This document shows positions 9,638-18,005 of a stretch of 64,000 bases of DNA, in pieces. A program made the position numbers and the translations under genes. Under the pieces are notes generated by a model. That model searched no databases. It saw only the letters and a program-made list of their open reading frames with translations, and had not been told where the DNA came from. The stretch spans positions 1,766,486-1,830,485 of the forward strand of contig CAWKNZ010000002.1 of assembly GCA_963851265.1 (NCBI GenBank), read 5' to 3'. Within the stretch, counting starts at the first letter, position 1. Each line of letters begins with the position of its first letter. The DNA is from an uncultured Gemmatimonadales bacterium (GTDB taxonomy: Bacteria > Gemmatimonadota > Gemmatimonadetes > Gemmatimonadales > Gemmatimonadaceae).

Positions 9638-10831
9638 ATGACCGACCAACACACCGCGACGTCCCAGGCGCGCATCAGCGCGCTCACCGACGTCGGGCGG
9701 ATGCGCGAACACAACGAGGACGCGTTCCTCGTGGCCGACCTCGCGACGTCCGACGTGCTGGACTTCGCGGTGCCCGGCGACGCCGCGACGGCACGCGTCC
9801 CGGAGCGTGTCTGCGACCTGTCCGGCCCGGGCGTGCTGCTCATCGTCGCCGACGGGCTCGGTGGGGCGGCGGCTGGCGAGGTGGCGAGCCACCTCGCTGC
9901 GCGCGTCGCGCACGAAGCCCTTCGGCGCGCGTTCGCCGACGCCGGTCCGTCGCCATCGCGCGATCCGCTCGCCGTGGCCGCCGCGCTCCGCGAGGCGGTG
10001 CTCGCCGCGAACGACGCCGTCCACCGCCTCGGGACCGAGCGGATCGAACTGCACGGCATGGCGTCGACGATCACAGCCGCGTACCTGCGCGACGACGCGG
10101 TGACGGTCGCCCAGGTCGGCGACAGCCGAGCCTATGTCGTGCGCGGCCCGGACGCCCGCCAGATCACCAAAGACCAGTCGCTCGTCCAGCGGCTCGTCGA
10201 CGCCGGGGAGATGACCCCCGAGCAGGCCGAGACGAGCATGCGCCGCAACATCATCCTGCAGGCGCTCGGTCCCGAGACGTCGGTGCGCGTGGACGTGACG
10301 CGCCAGACGCTCTGCCGCGGCGATCTGGTACTGCTCTGCAGCGACGGACTGTCTGGCCAGGTGCGCGCGGGCGAACTGGCACGCATGGCGGCGCGCGCGC
10401 CCGATCCGGGCGCGCTCTGCGCGGCGCTCGTGGCAGCGGCGAACGCGTCGGGCGGTCCGGACAACATTACGGTCATTGCCGCGCGCGTCTCAGGCGACGC
10501 GTTCGCCGCGCCGCCGGAGGGCGACGAAGAGGTCGGCACGGCCGGCGGCACTCCCGAGACCGGCGACTGCGAGCCCGTCGCGCCGCACCCTGTCCCCCTC
10601 GACGGGGACGCGCGTGCCGAAGCGGACGCGATCGGTACGGCGGCCATCCGGCCCGTCGGGGACGCCAACGGCGGGTCGCCGTACGTGCTTGCGGCACCGC
10701 CGCGCGGGGCGGCCGGCATCTCGGGCGGCGAAATCGCGCAGCGACAGGGGCGCGTTCGCGCCGTGTACGCGCTCCTCGTCGCGGCCGCGATTGCGGTTGC
10801 GGCGTGGACGTGGTGGGCGTTTGCGCGCTGA
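9638..10831 (+). CDS. PP2C-family Ser/Thr protein phosphatase with C-terminal membrane anchor
   Basis: TDVGRMREHNEDAF, VADGLGG, QVGDSRAY, TKDQSLV, LCSDGL, GGPDNIT; hydrophobic C-terminus. Confidence 0.92.
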   Translation: MTDQHTATSQARISALTDVGRMREHNEDAFLVADLATSDVLDFAVPGDAATARVPERVCDLSGPGVLLIVADGLGGAAAGEVASHLAARVAHEALRRAFADAGPSPSRDPLAVAAALREAVLAANDAVHRLGTERIELHGMASTITAAYLRDDAVTVAQVGDSRAYVVRGPDARQITKDQSLVQRLVDAGEMTPEQAETSMRRNIILQALGPETSVRVDVTRQTLCRGDLVLLCSDGLSGQVRAGELARMAARAPDPGALCAALVAAANASGGPDNITVIAARVSGDAFAAPPEGDEEVGTAGGTPETGDCEPVAPHPVPLDGDARAEADAIGTAAIRPVGDANGGSPYVLAAPPRGAAGISGGEIAQRQGRVRAVYALLVAAAIAVAAWTWWAFAR

Positions 10832-10928
10832 GGTCGACGAGAGGTCGCGAGGTACCCGACAGCGCGCCGAACGCCAGCGCGCGGCACCGTGAGCGCCGGG
10901 CGCGTCGGCTGAGCCTGGCGCGCCCGGC

Positions 10929-12437
10929 TCAGCCTACGGCCGCGCCGGCCCGGCGTGCCGTGAGCCAGCGCGCCGCGGCCTGCTGCATCGCCCGGTCGCC
11001 GGACCACGCGCAGAGCGCCGGCGCGCCGAGGTCGGCCGCCGCCGCGCGCGGCGGCGCGAAGTGCACGACCGTCACGGCGCGCCCTGCGGCGCGCGAGCGT
11101 TCTACCGCGTCGTGCACACGGTCGACCGTCGACTCGTCGTACGCGGGTCCTCCCGCGCGCACCCGCTCGCCGCCGAACAACGCGATGAGGAGGGGCACGT
11201 CGGCGCCGTACGTCGCGTCGTCGCCGCCGCTGACCTCGACGCCCGCGGTGGCGAGCGTCTCCGCGAACTCGTCGCGGCGTGGTGGCGCGGCGCCACGCGC
11301 GGCACTCGGGTCGCTCTCGTCGGCGGCGGTGCCGTCGACGACGAGGACGGCCGCCGCTGCGGCGAGCGGCGCGGGCTCGCCGCGCACGGCGTGGACCGCG
11401 CGTTCGGCGAGTTGCGCGCCCCACGCGGCGTCGGCGGCTGCCGGGCGGCGCCAGTCGTTCGGCGGGGCCGCCCACTGCGCCCACCGCAGCCGCCGGCGCA
11501 CGCTCTGCTGCACGCGCACCGGGTCGAGCACGTGGCTCGCGAGCGCGCGCTCGAGCGCGGCCGCGACCGCGCCCACGTCGCCGGGGGCGAGCACCACGTC
11601 GCACCCCGCACCGACCGCACGCACCGCGGCCTCACCCTCGTCGCCACCCGCGGGGACGAGCACGCCCGGCATGTCGAGCGCGTCGGAGACGACGAGGCCA
11701 TCGTAGCGCAGCTGCTGCCGCAGCAGCCACGTGAGAATCTCGCGCGAGAGCGTGGCCGGCACGCCGCTCGGGTCGAGGGCCGGGTAGGCCACGTGCGCCG
11801 TCATGATCGACGCGATGTTCGCGGCGAACGCCGCGCGGAACGGCGCGAGGTCCTGCGTGTGCAGGGTGTCGCGCGACGCGGTCACGGTCGCGGTGGTGCG
11901 GTGCGGGTCGTCCCGCGTGCGCCCGTGCCCCGGGAAGTGCTTGGCGCAGGCGAGCACGCCCTCGGCCTGGCACGCCTCGATCCACGCCGCCGCCAGCCGC
12001 GCGACGCGCGCCGGGTCGGCGCCGAGCGTGCGCGCACCGAGTACCGGATTGTCGGGCTCGACGTCGAGGTCGCAGACGGGCGACAGGTTCCAATTCACGC
12101 CGAGCGTGCGCGCCTCACGCGCCGTGAGGCGGGCCGCGCGGCGCAGCGCCTCAACGTCGTCCAGCCACGCGAGGGCGCCGAGCGGCGGAAGGCCGGTGGC
12201 GCCCGCGAACTGCTGCCCCGCGCCACGCTCGAGGTCGGCACCGAGCAGGAGCGGCGTGCGCGACCGCTGCTGGAGTTCCTTCGTGAGCGCGCGCACCGCG
12301 TCCTGCTCGCCGCCGTAGAGCAGAAAGCCGCCCACCCCGAGCGCGAGCGCGGCGTCGACGCGCGGACGCGCCGCGTCGAAGCGGCCGTCGGCGTCGGCGA
12401 CGAGCGTGGGGACGAGCAGCTGAGCGACGGACGACAC
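10929..12437 (-). CDS. nagZ: GH3 beta-N-acetylglucosaminidase
   Basis: DLERG, KHFPGHG-x4-DPH, MTAHV, SDALDM; downstream of murQ-anmK. Confidence 0.85.
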   Translation of the reverse strand: MSSVAQLLVPTLVADADGRFDAARPRVDAALALGVGGFLLYGGEQDAVRALTKELQQRSRTPLLLGADLERGAGQQFAGATGLPPLGALAWLDDVEALRRAARLTAREARTLGVNWNLSPVCDLDVEPDNPVLGARTLGADPARVARLAAAWIEACQAEGVLACAKHFPGHGRTRDDPHRTTATVTASRDTLHTQDLAPFRAAFAANIASIMTAHVAYPALDPSGVPATLSREILTWLLRQQLRYDGLVVSDALDMPGVLVPAGGDEGEAAVRAVGAGCDVVLAPGDVGAVAAALERALASHVLDPVRVQQSVRRRLRWAQWAAPPNDWRRPAAADAAWGAQLAERAVHAVRGEPAPLAAAAAVLVVDGTAADESDPSAARGAAPPRRDEFAETLATAGVEVSGGDDATYGADVPLLIALFGGERVRAGGPAYDESTVDRVHDAVERSRAAGRAVTVVHFAPPRAAAADLGAPALCAWSGDRAMQQAAARWLTARRAGAAVG

Positions 12438-12473
12438 GAAAGCGGGGCGGGCGGACGGGTACGGGGCGCCGCG

Positions 12474-13685
12474 TTAGGCGAGAACGCCCGCGGGCGCGAG
12501 CGCGCCGAGGACGCGCGGCCCCCGCGCGCCGGTCGCGCCGGGGACGTTCCCCGGCAGGTGCGCGAGGTGAAGATAGCCGAGCAGCGCGAACGCGACGGCC
12601 TCCTTGGCCTCGCCGTCGAAGAACGCGTCGTCGAAGCGCCGCACGCGGATGGGTAGCCCCGCGCGCGACAACTCCGCCGTGACGGCCGCCACGAGCGCGG
12701 GATTCCGGGCGCCCCCGCCGGAGAGCAGCGTTTCTGCTACGGGCTCCGCGACGAACCGCCGGTACGCGTCGGCGAGCGCCGCGGCGGTGAGCAGGACCGC
12801 CGTCGCGACCACGTCCTCGTCGCGCGCGAGGGGGTCGGCGGCGATGCACGCGGCCCGCAGACGCTCCGCGTACGCCGCGCCGAAGTGCTCGCGCCCCGTG
12901 CTCTTGGGCGGCGGTGCGGCGAAATACGGATCGCGGAGGAGCGCCTCGACGACGGCGCGGTTCGCCGTGCCCGCGGCGGCGAGGCGCCCGTCGACGTCGT
13001 AGGGCAGCTCGGGGCGCGCGGCGCGCACGATCGCGTCGACCACGGCCACCCCGGGCCCGGTGTCGAACGCGCGCACCGCGATCAGGTCGGGGGCGCCGCC
13101 GTAGGCGTCACGGGGCGGGAGCACGGTCACGTTGCCCATCCCGCCCAGATTCTGCAGCAGGCGCCAGTCACCCCCCGCAAACAGCAGCGCGTCGGCCATG
13201 GGGACGAGCGGCGCCCCCTGCCCGCCCGCCGCCACGTCGCGCGTGCGGAAGTCGTACACGACGTCGACTCCGACTCGCTCCGCGAGCACGGCGGCGTCAC
13301 CGATCTGCCAGGTCGAATGCCCGGGCTCGTGCCAGATCGTGTGCCCGTGCGACGCGACGGCCCGCACCGACGCGCGCGCGACGCCCGCGTCGGCGAGGAG
13401 TGCGGTGGTCGCGTCGGCGAGCCACCCGCCGACGTCGGCGGCGAGTCGGCAGTAGTCGCGCGCGGTGCCTGCGTCCATCGCGTCAAGGAGGCGCGCGCGC
13501 TCCGCCGGCGTGTACGCGCGCTGTACGAAGCCGAGCAGCTCGATCCCCGTCGGCACGCCTCCGTCGGTCCCGCGCTCGGACGACGTGAAGCGCACGGCCG
13601 CCGCGCTGATGCCGTCGCACGAGGTGCCCGACATCACTCCGACGTACACGTCGCGGACCGGCGTCGCGGCCCCGGCGTCGCTCAC
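12474..13685 (-). CDS. anmK: Anhydro-N-acetylmuramic acid kinase
   Basis: GVMSGTSCDG, SHGHTIWH, DFRTRDVAAGGQGAPLVP, NLGGMGN, FDTGPG, PPKSTGRE; GTG overlaps the murQ TGA. Confidence 0.95.
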   Translation of the reverse strand: MSDAGAATPVRDVYVGVMSGTSCDGISAAAVRFTSSERGTDGGVPTGIELLGFVQRAYTPAERARLLDAMDAGTARDYCRLAADVGGWLADATTALLADAGVARASVRAVASHGHTIWHEPGHSTWQIGDAAVLAERVGVDVVYDFRTRDVAAGGQGAPLVPMADALLFAGGDWRLLQNLGGMGNVTVLPPRDAYGGAPDLIAVRAFDTGPGVAVVDAIVRAARPELPYDVDGRLAAAGTANRAVVEALLRDPYFAAPPPKSTGREHFGAAYAERLRAACIAADPLARDEDVVATAVLLTAAALADAYRRFVAEPVAETLLSGGGARNPALVAAVTAELSRAGLPIRVRRFDDAFFDGEAKEAVAFALLGYLHLAHLPGNVPGATGARGPRVLGALAPAGVLA

Positions 13686-14605
13686 GCCGCGACCGGCGGC
13701 GGTGCGCCGCCCGTCGCGCGCCGGATCACCCCGCCCGCGGCGGCGAGCGCGCGCTCCGCGCCCGCGGCATCGGTGTCGAGCGCGTGCATCACGATCGCCG
13801 TCTTCACCCGCCCGCCGGCGTCGGCGAGGAGCGCCTGCGCCTCCGCGCGCTCGACGCCGCACACCTCCATCATGATCCGCTCGGCGCGGTCGACGAGCTT
13901 CGCGTTGGTCGGGCGCAGGTCGACCATCAGGTTGCCGTAGGTCTTGCCGAGCCGGATCATCGCACCGGTCGTGATCGTGTTGAGGATCAACTTCGTCGCG
14001 GTGCCCGCCTTGAGGCGCGTCGAGCCGGTGAGCACCTCGGGCCCGGTCCGCGCGACGATCGCGTGGTCCGCGACCGCGAGCGTCTCGGGCGGCGGCGGCG
14101 AGCAGGCGACGATCGCGGTGACGGCGCCGAGTTCGCGCGCCCGGCCGAGCGCGCCGCGCACGTAGGGCGTGGTGCCGCTCGCCGCGATGCCGACCAGCAC
14201 GTCGCCCGTGCGCACGCCGCGCCCGTCGACGTCGCGCGCGCCGCCCTCGGGGCTGTCCTCGGCGCCTTCCTGCGCGCGGAACATCGCCGCGTCACCGCCG
14301 GCGATCATGCCCTGCACCAGGTCGAACGGCACGCCGAACGTGGGCGGACACTCGCTCGCGTCGAGCACGCCGAGCCGGCCCGACGTGCCCGCGCCGGCGT
14401 AGAACAGACGGTGGCCGGCACGGAATGCCCGCTCGACGGCCGCGAGCAGCGCCGCGATGTGCTCCCGTTCGGCGGCGACGGCGTCGGCCACGGTGCGGTC
14501 CGCCGCGTTCATCGCGTCGACGATCTCCAGCGGCGAGGCGAGGTCGATGTCGGCGGTGCGGGGGTTGCGCTGTTCGGTCGGGCGAGGGTCGCGGACGCTG
14601 CTCAC
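13682..14605 (-). CDS. murQ: N-acetylmuramic acid 6-phosphate etherase
   Basis: TEQRNP, GAGTSGRLGVLDASECPPTF, EGAED, GPEVLTGSTRLKAGTATK. Confidence 0.97.
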   Translation of the reverse strand: MSSVRDPRPTEQRNPRTADIDLASPLEIVDAMNAADRTVADAVAAEREHIAALLAAVERAFRAGHRLFYAGAGTSGRLGVLDASECPPTFGVPFDLVQGMIAGGDAAMFRAQEGAEDSPEGGARDVDGRGVRTGDVLVGIAASGTTPYVRGALGRARELGAVTAIVACSPPPPETLAVADHAIVARTGPEVLTGSTRLKAGTATKLILNTITTGAMIRLGKTYGNLMVDLRPTNAKLVDRAERIMMEVCGVERAEAQALLADAGGRVKTAIVMHALDTDAAGAERALAAAGGVIRRATGGAPPPVAA

Positions 14606-14694
14606 GCGCGGGTCGGAAAGGGGCGGCGGACGGGCGGCTAAGTTACCGGCGGACGATTCCGCCCGACACCCCGTATTCTCTCGCCCGCGTCGCC

Positions 14695-16542
14695 ATGCGT
14701 CTGCCCGTGCGCCGTTCCTCGCCTTCGCTCCGTCCGAGGGTCGCGAGCGTCACGCCCGTCGCGCTCGCCGCACTCGTGACGTTCGCGGCCGTCGTTCCCG
14801 GAGTCGGACGCCTGGAAGGCCAGACGACCCGTCGCGCCGCGCCACGGCGTGAGCGCGCGCGGCCGCGCGCGGCCATCGCGGACGACTCGCTCCCAGCACG
14901 CCGCACGCCGACGTTCCCCGAGGGATGGTCGATGCCGACCGGCGCGCCCGCGATCACGGCCGCGCACGGGATGATCGCGAGCAACAGCGCGCTCGCGAGC
15001 GCCGCGGGCGTCGAGATCCTCCGGCGCGGCGGCAACGCGGTCGACGCGGCGGTCGCGACCGGATTCGCGCTCGCGGTGACGTACCCCGTGGCCGGCAACA
15101 TCGGCGGTGGCGGCTTCATGGTGATCCACTTCGCCGACGGCCGCGACGCCGCGCTCGACTACCGCGAGACGGCGCCCGCGGGCGCGACGCGGACGATGTA
15201 CCTCGACGCGGCCGGGCAGCCGACCGAGAACAGCCGCGTCGGCCCGCTCGCCGCCGGCGTGCCTGGGTCGGTCGCGGGGCTCACGACCGCGCTCGCGCGC
15301 TACGGGCGGCTGCCGCTGGCGACGGTGATCGCGCCGGCCCTCCGCCTCGCCGAGCGCGGCTTCGTGGTCGACACCCCGCTCATGCGCTCGGTCCGGAGCG
15401 ACAGCGCGAAGCTCGCACGCTACGCCGCCGATTCGCCGTTCCTGCCCGGCGGGCAGCCGGTCGCGGCCGGCTCGGTCGTGCGGCAACCCGAGCTCGCGCG
15501 CACGCTGCGGCGGATCGCCGCGCACGGCGCCGCGGGCTTCTACCAGGGCGAAACGGCGGGCGCGATCGCCGATGAAATGCGCCGCGGCGGCGGGTTGATC
15601 ACGGAGGACGACCTCGGGGGTTACCACCCGATCTGGCGAACGCCGCTCCGGACGACGTACCGCGGCTACTCGGTGTTGGGCATGCCGCCGGTGTCGAGCG
15701 GCGGCACGACGTCGTTCGAGATCCTCCACATGCTCGAGACGCACGACACGCTGCCCACGTTCGGCGGCGCGGCGTACGCGCACCTGATCGCGGAGGTCGA
15801 GCGGCGCGCGTTCATCGACCGGAACAGCAAGCTGTGCGACCCCGCGTTCTGCACCGCGCCGGTCGCGGAGCTGACGAGCAAGGCGTACGCGCGCCGCCTC
15901 GCCTCGACGATCGACGCGGCCCGCGCGACGCCGACGACGAGCGTGTCGACCCTGCCCGACCGCACGCACACCACACACTACGCCGTGGTCGACGCCTCCG
16001 GGAACGCGGTGAGCACGACGACGACGCTCAACCTCGGCTACGGCTCGGGCGTGTTCGTGCGCGGCGCGGGGTTCTTCCTGAACGACGAGATGGACGACTT
16101 CGCCGCCGCGCCCGGCAAGCCGAACGCGTTCGGCCTGATCGAGGGCGAACAGAACGCGGTGCAGCCGGGCAAGCGGCCGCTCTCGTCGATGACGCCGAGC
16201 GTGGTGCTCGACCGCGCGGGCCGGACGCTGCTCGTGGTCGGGGCGGCCGGCGGGCCGACGATCATCTCGGGGACGACGCAGGTGATCGTCAACGTGCTCG
16301 ACCATCGGATGTCGCTCGCCGACGCGATGCGCGCGCCGCGGCTGCACCATCAGGCGTTGCCCGACACGCTGTTCGCGGAGACGAACGGGCTCGCCGCGCC
16401 GGTGCAGGACTCGCTCGCGGCGATGGGGCACGCGGTGGGTTTACGGCCGCGGATGGTGAACGTGAACGCGGTGATGCGCGTGGCCGGGGGCTGGCAGGGG
16501 GTGAGCGAGCCCCGGGCGAGTGGGGCCGCGGCGGGGTACTGA
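14695..16542 (+). CDS. ggt: Gamma-glutamyltransferase, exported
   Basis: GGNAVDAAVA, GNIGGGGF, DYRETAP, autocleavage HTTH, LNDEMDDF, PGKRPLSSMTP. Confidence 0.95.
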   Translation: MRLPVRRSSPSLRPRVASVTPVALAALVTFAAVVPGVGRLEGQTTRRAAPRRERARPRAAIADDSLPARRTPTFPEGWSMPTGAPAITAAHGMIASNSALASAAGVEILRRGGNAVDAAVATGFALAVTYPVAGNIGGGGFMVIHFADGRDAALDYRETAPAGATRTMYLDAAGQPTENSRVGPLAAGVPGSVAGLTTALARYGRLPLATVIAPALRLAERGFVVDTPLMRSVRSDSAKLARYAADSPFLPGGQPVAAGSVVRQPELARTLRRIAAHGAAGFYQGETAGAIADEMRRGGGLITEDDLGGYHPIWRTPLRTTYRGYSVLGMPPVSSGGTTSFEILHMLETHDTLPTFGGAAYAHLIAEVERRAFIDRNSKLCDPAFCTAPVAELTSKAYARRLASTIDAARATPTTSVSTLPDRTHTTHYAVVDASGNAVSTTTTLNLGYGSGVFVRGAGFFLNDEMDDFAAAPGKPNAFGLIEGEQNAVQPGKRPLSSMTPSVVLDRAGRTLLVVGAAGGPTIISGTTQVIVNVLDHRMSLADAMRAPRLHHQALPDTLFAETNGLAAPVQDSLAAMGHAVGLRPRMVNVNAVMRVAGGWQGVSEPRASGAAAGY

Positions 16543-16565
16543 CGCGGCGTTAGGCCGATGCGTCA

Positions 16566-16745
16566 GGCGGGGCCGGCGCGCAGGGCCCTGACCGGCCGGG
16601 CCACGGTACGGATCGAGCACCGACGCCGGGGGTGACGAGCCGAGGGATGATTCATTCCCGGCGGTCACGTCCCCAGCCCGATGTTCGATCGACAACTAGC
16701 CCCGGCCGGTCACGGCCTGCGAGACCGCACCAACCCGGCTCGCCC
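16566..16745. ncRNA. Candidate structured RNA or palindromic element: long rod with central bubble (6S-RNA-like topology)
   Basis: Nested inverted repeats 16589-16600/16701-16712 (12 bp perfect), 16611-16622/16679-16690 and 16625-16636/16664-16677, with a 10-nt/10-nt internal bubble. Confidence 0.4.
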
Positions 16746-16748
16746 CCG

Positions 16749-17822
16749 TCAAATCCCCGGATCCGCCGCGCTGCCCGCGCGCGCCAGTCTGACCTGCACC
16801 CCATCATTCAACCGCACCCGGATCGAGGCGCCGTCGTTGAGGCAGCCCTCGTAACGCGCCGTCGCCGCCGCCACCCCGGCGCCGGCCGCCGTGCCCGCCG
16901 CGGCGCCGATGATCGTCCCCTTCGCGCCGCCGCCGATGATGCGGCCGAGGATCGCGCCGGCCACCGCCCCGCCGATCACCTTCTGCGGGTCCCTGCTCGC
17001 ACCGCCGTTCTTCACTCGCGAGACGTCGGCCGTCTCGGTGGTGGCCGACACGCCGTACGTGTGACCGCCGTAGTTGAGCGATACGACGCGGAGACCCAGG
17101 TCGATCGGGTCGTTCGTGTTCCCGCTCCCGCTCACGCTCGTCACCTCGACGTTCGCCGTCGCGCCCGCCGGGATCGTCGCGCCGTTGCTCCCCGCCACCG
17201 CCTGCGAGAGCGACGCGGTGAAGTGGTCGCCGACGCTCGTGTTGTTCGTGCAGACGCGGCGGTTGGAGGCGAGCAGGAGCGTCGAGCCGGCCGGAATCGT
17301 GCCGACGCCGCCGCGCTCCGCGTCGTTGCGCGGTGCCGGACCCGGTGCCGGACCCGGCGCCGGGCTCGCGGCGGGTGCCGGCGCGGTCGCGACCGTGTTC
17401 GGGATGCGCGGCGCGTCCGAGTTCGTCCGCGTCGGCGTGCGCGGGGCCCGCTCGCGGATCACCTCGCGCACGATCTCGCGGCGTGGCGCGGGCGCGGGCG
17501 CCGGTGTCGCCGCGGCAGGGGCGGACGCCGGCGCGGGCGTCGCCGGCGCACCGGCGGCCGGCACGTCCTGCAGCTGCGGCTGCGGCGCGGACTGCTGGTT
17601 GGCGAGCGAGAGGTCGCGCGCGAGCGCCGTGTCGGAGTTGAGCGCCGCGGCGGCGTCCTGACGGCGCGTGTCGCCGCTCGAACAGGCGCCCAGCGCGACA
17701 CCAAACGCGGCGCTGGCTGCGGCGCTCAGGGCCGCGCCCGCGAGCCCGCGCGACGCGAACCGGCGGGAGGCGCCGGAGCCCTGTTGGCGGGAGGCCGACC
17801 GGCGAGCGGTATATTCAGACAT
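16749..17822 (-). CDS. Lipoprotein with Pro/Ala-rich linker and glycine-zipper C-terminal region
   Basis: Lipobox VALGAC; IPAGSTL beta-domain; KVIGGAVAGAILGRIIGG-x-GTIIGAAAG glycine zipper. Confidence 0.75.
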   Translation of the reverse strand: MSEYTARRSASRQQGSGASRRFASRGLAGAALSAAASAAFGVALGACSSGDTRRQDAAAALNSDTALARDLSLANQQSAPQPQLQDVPAAGAPATPAPASAPAAATPAPAPAPRREIVREVIRERAPRTPTRTNSDAPRIPNTVATAPAPAASPAPGPAPGPAPRNDAERGGVGTIPAGSTLLLASNRRVCTNNTSVGDHFTASLSQAVAGSNGATIPAGATANVEVTSVSGSGNTNDPIDLGLRVVSLNYGGHTYGVSATTETADVSRVKNGGASRDPQKVIGGAVAGAILGRIIGGGAKGTIIGAAAGTAAGAGVAAATARYEGCLNDGASIRVRLNDGVQVRLARAGSAADPGI

Positions 17823-18005
17823 GCGGCAGATCCTGGGTGGTGAGGGGTGGGGATGGCGGGAGTGGCCTTCCGCAAACAACACGCGCGACCGGGGGTCCCC
17901 CGCTGCGCCGCACTCCGGAATACCCGCTCCGCCCGACGTGGTGCCTCGCCAGCGGCCGACCGCCACGGCGCGGTCGGCGCCTGCGCAGCGCGCGGAAGCG
18001 GCGCC

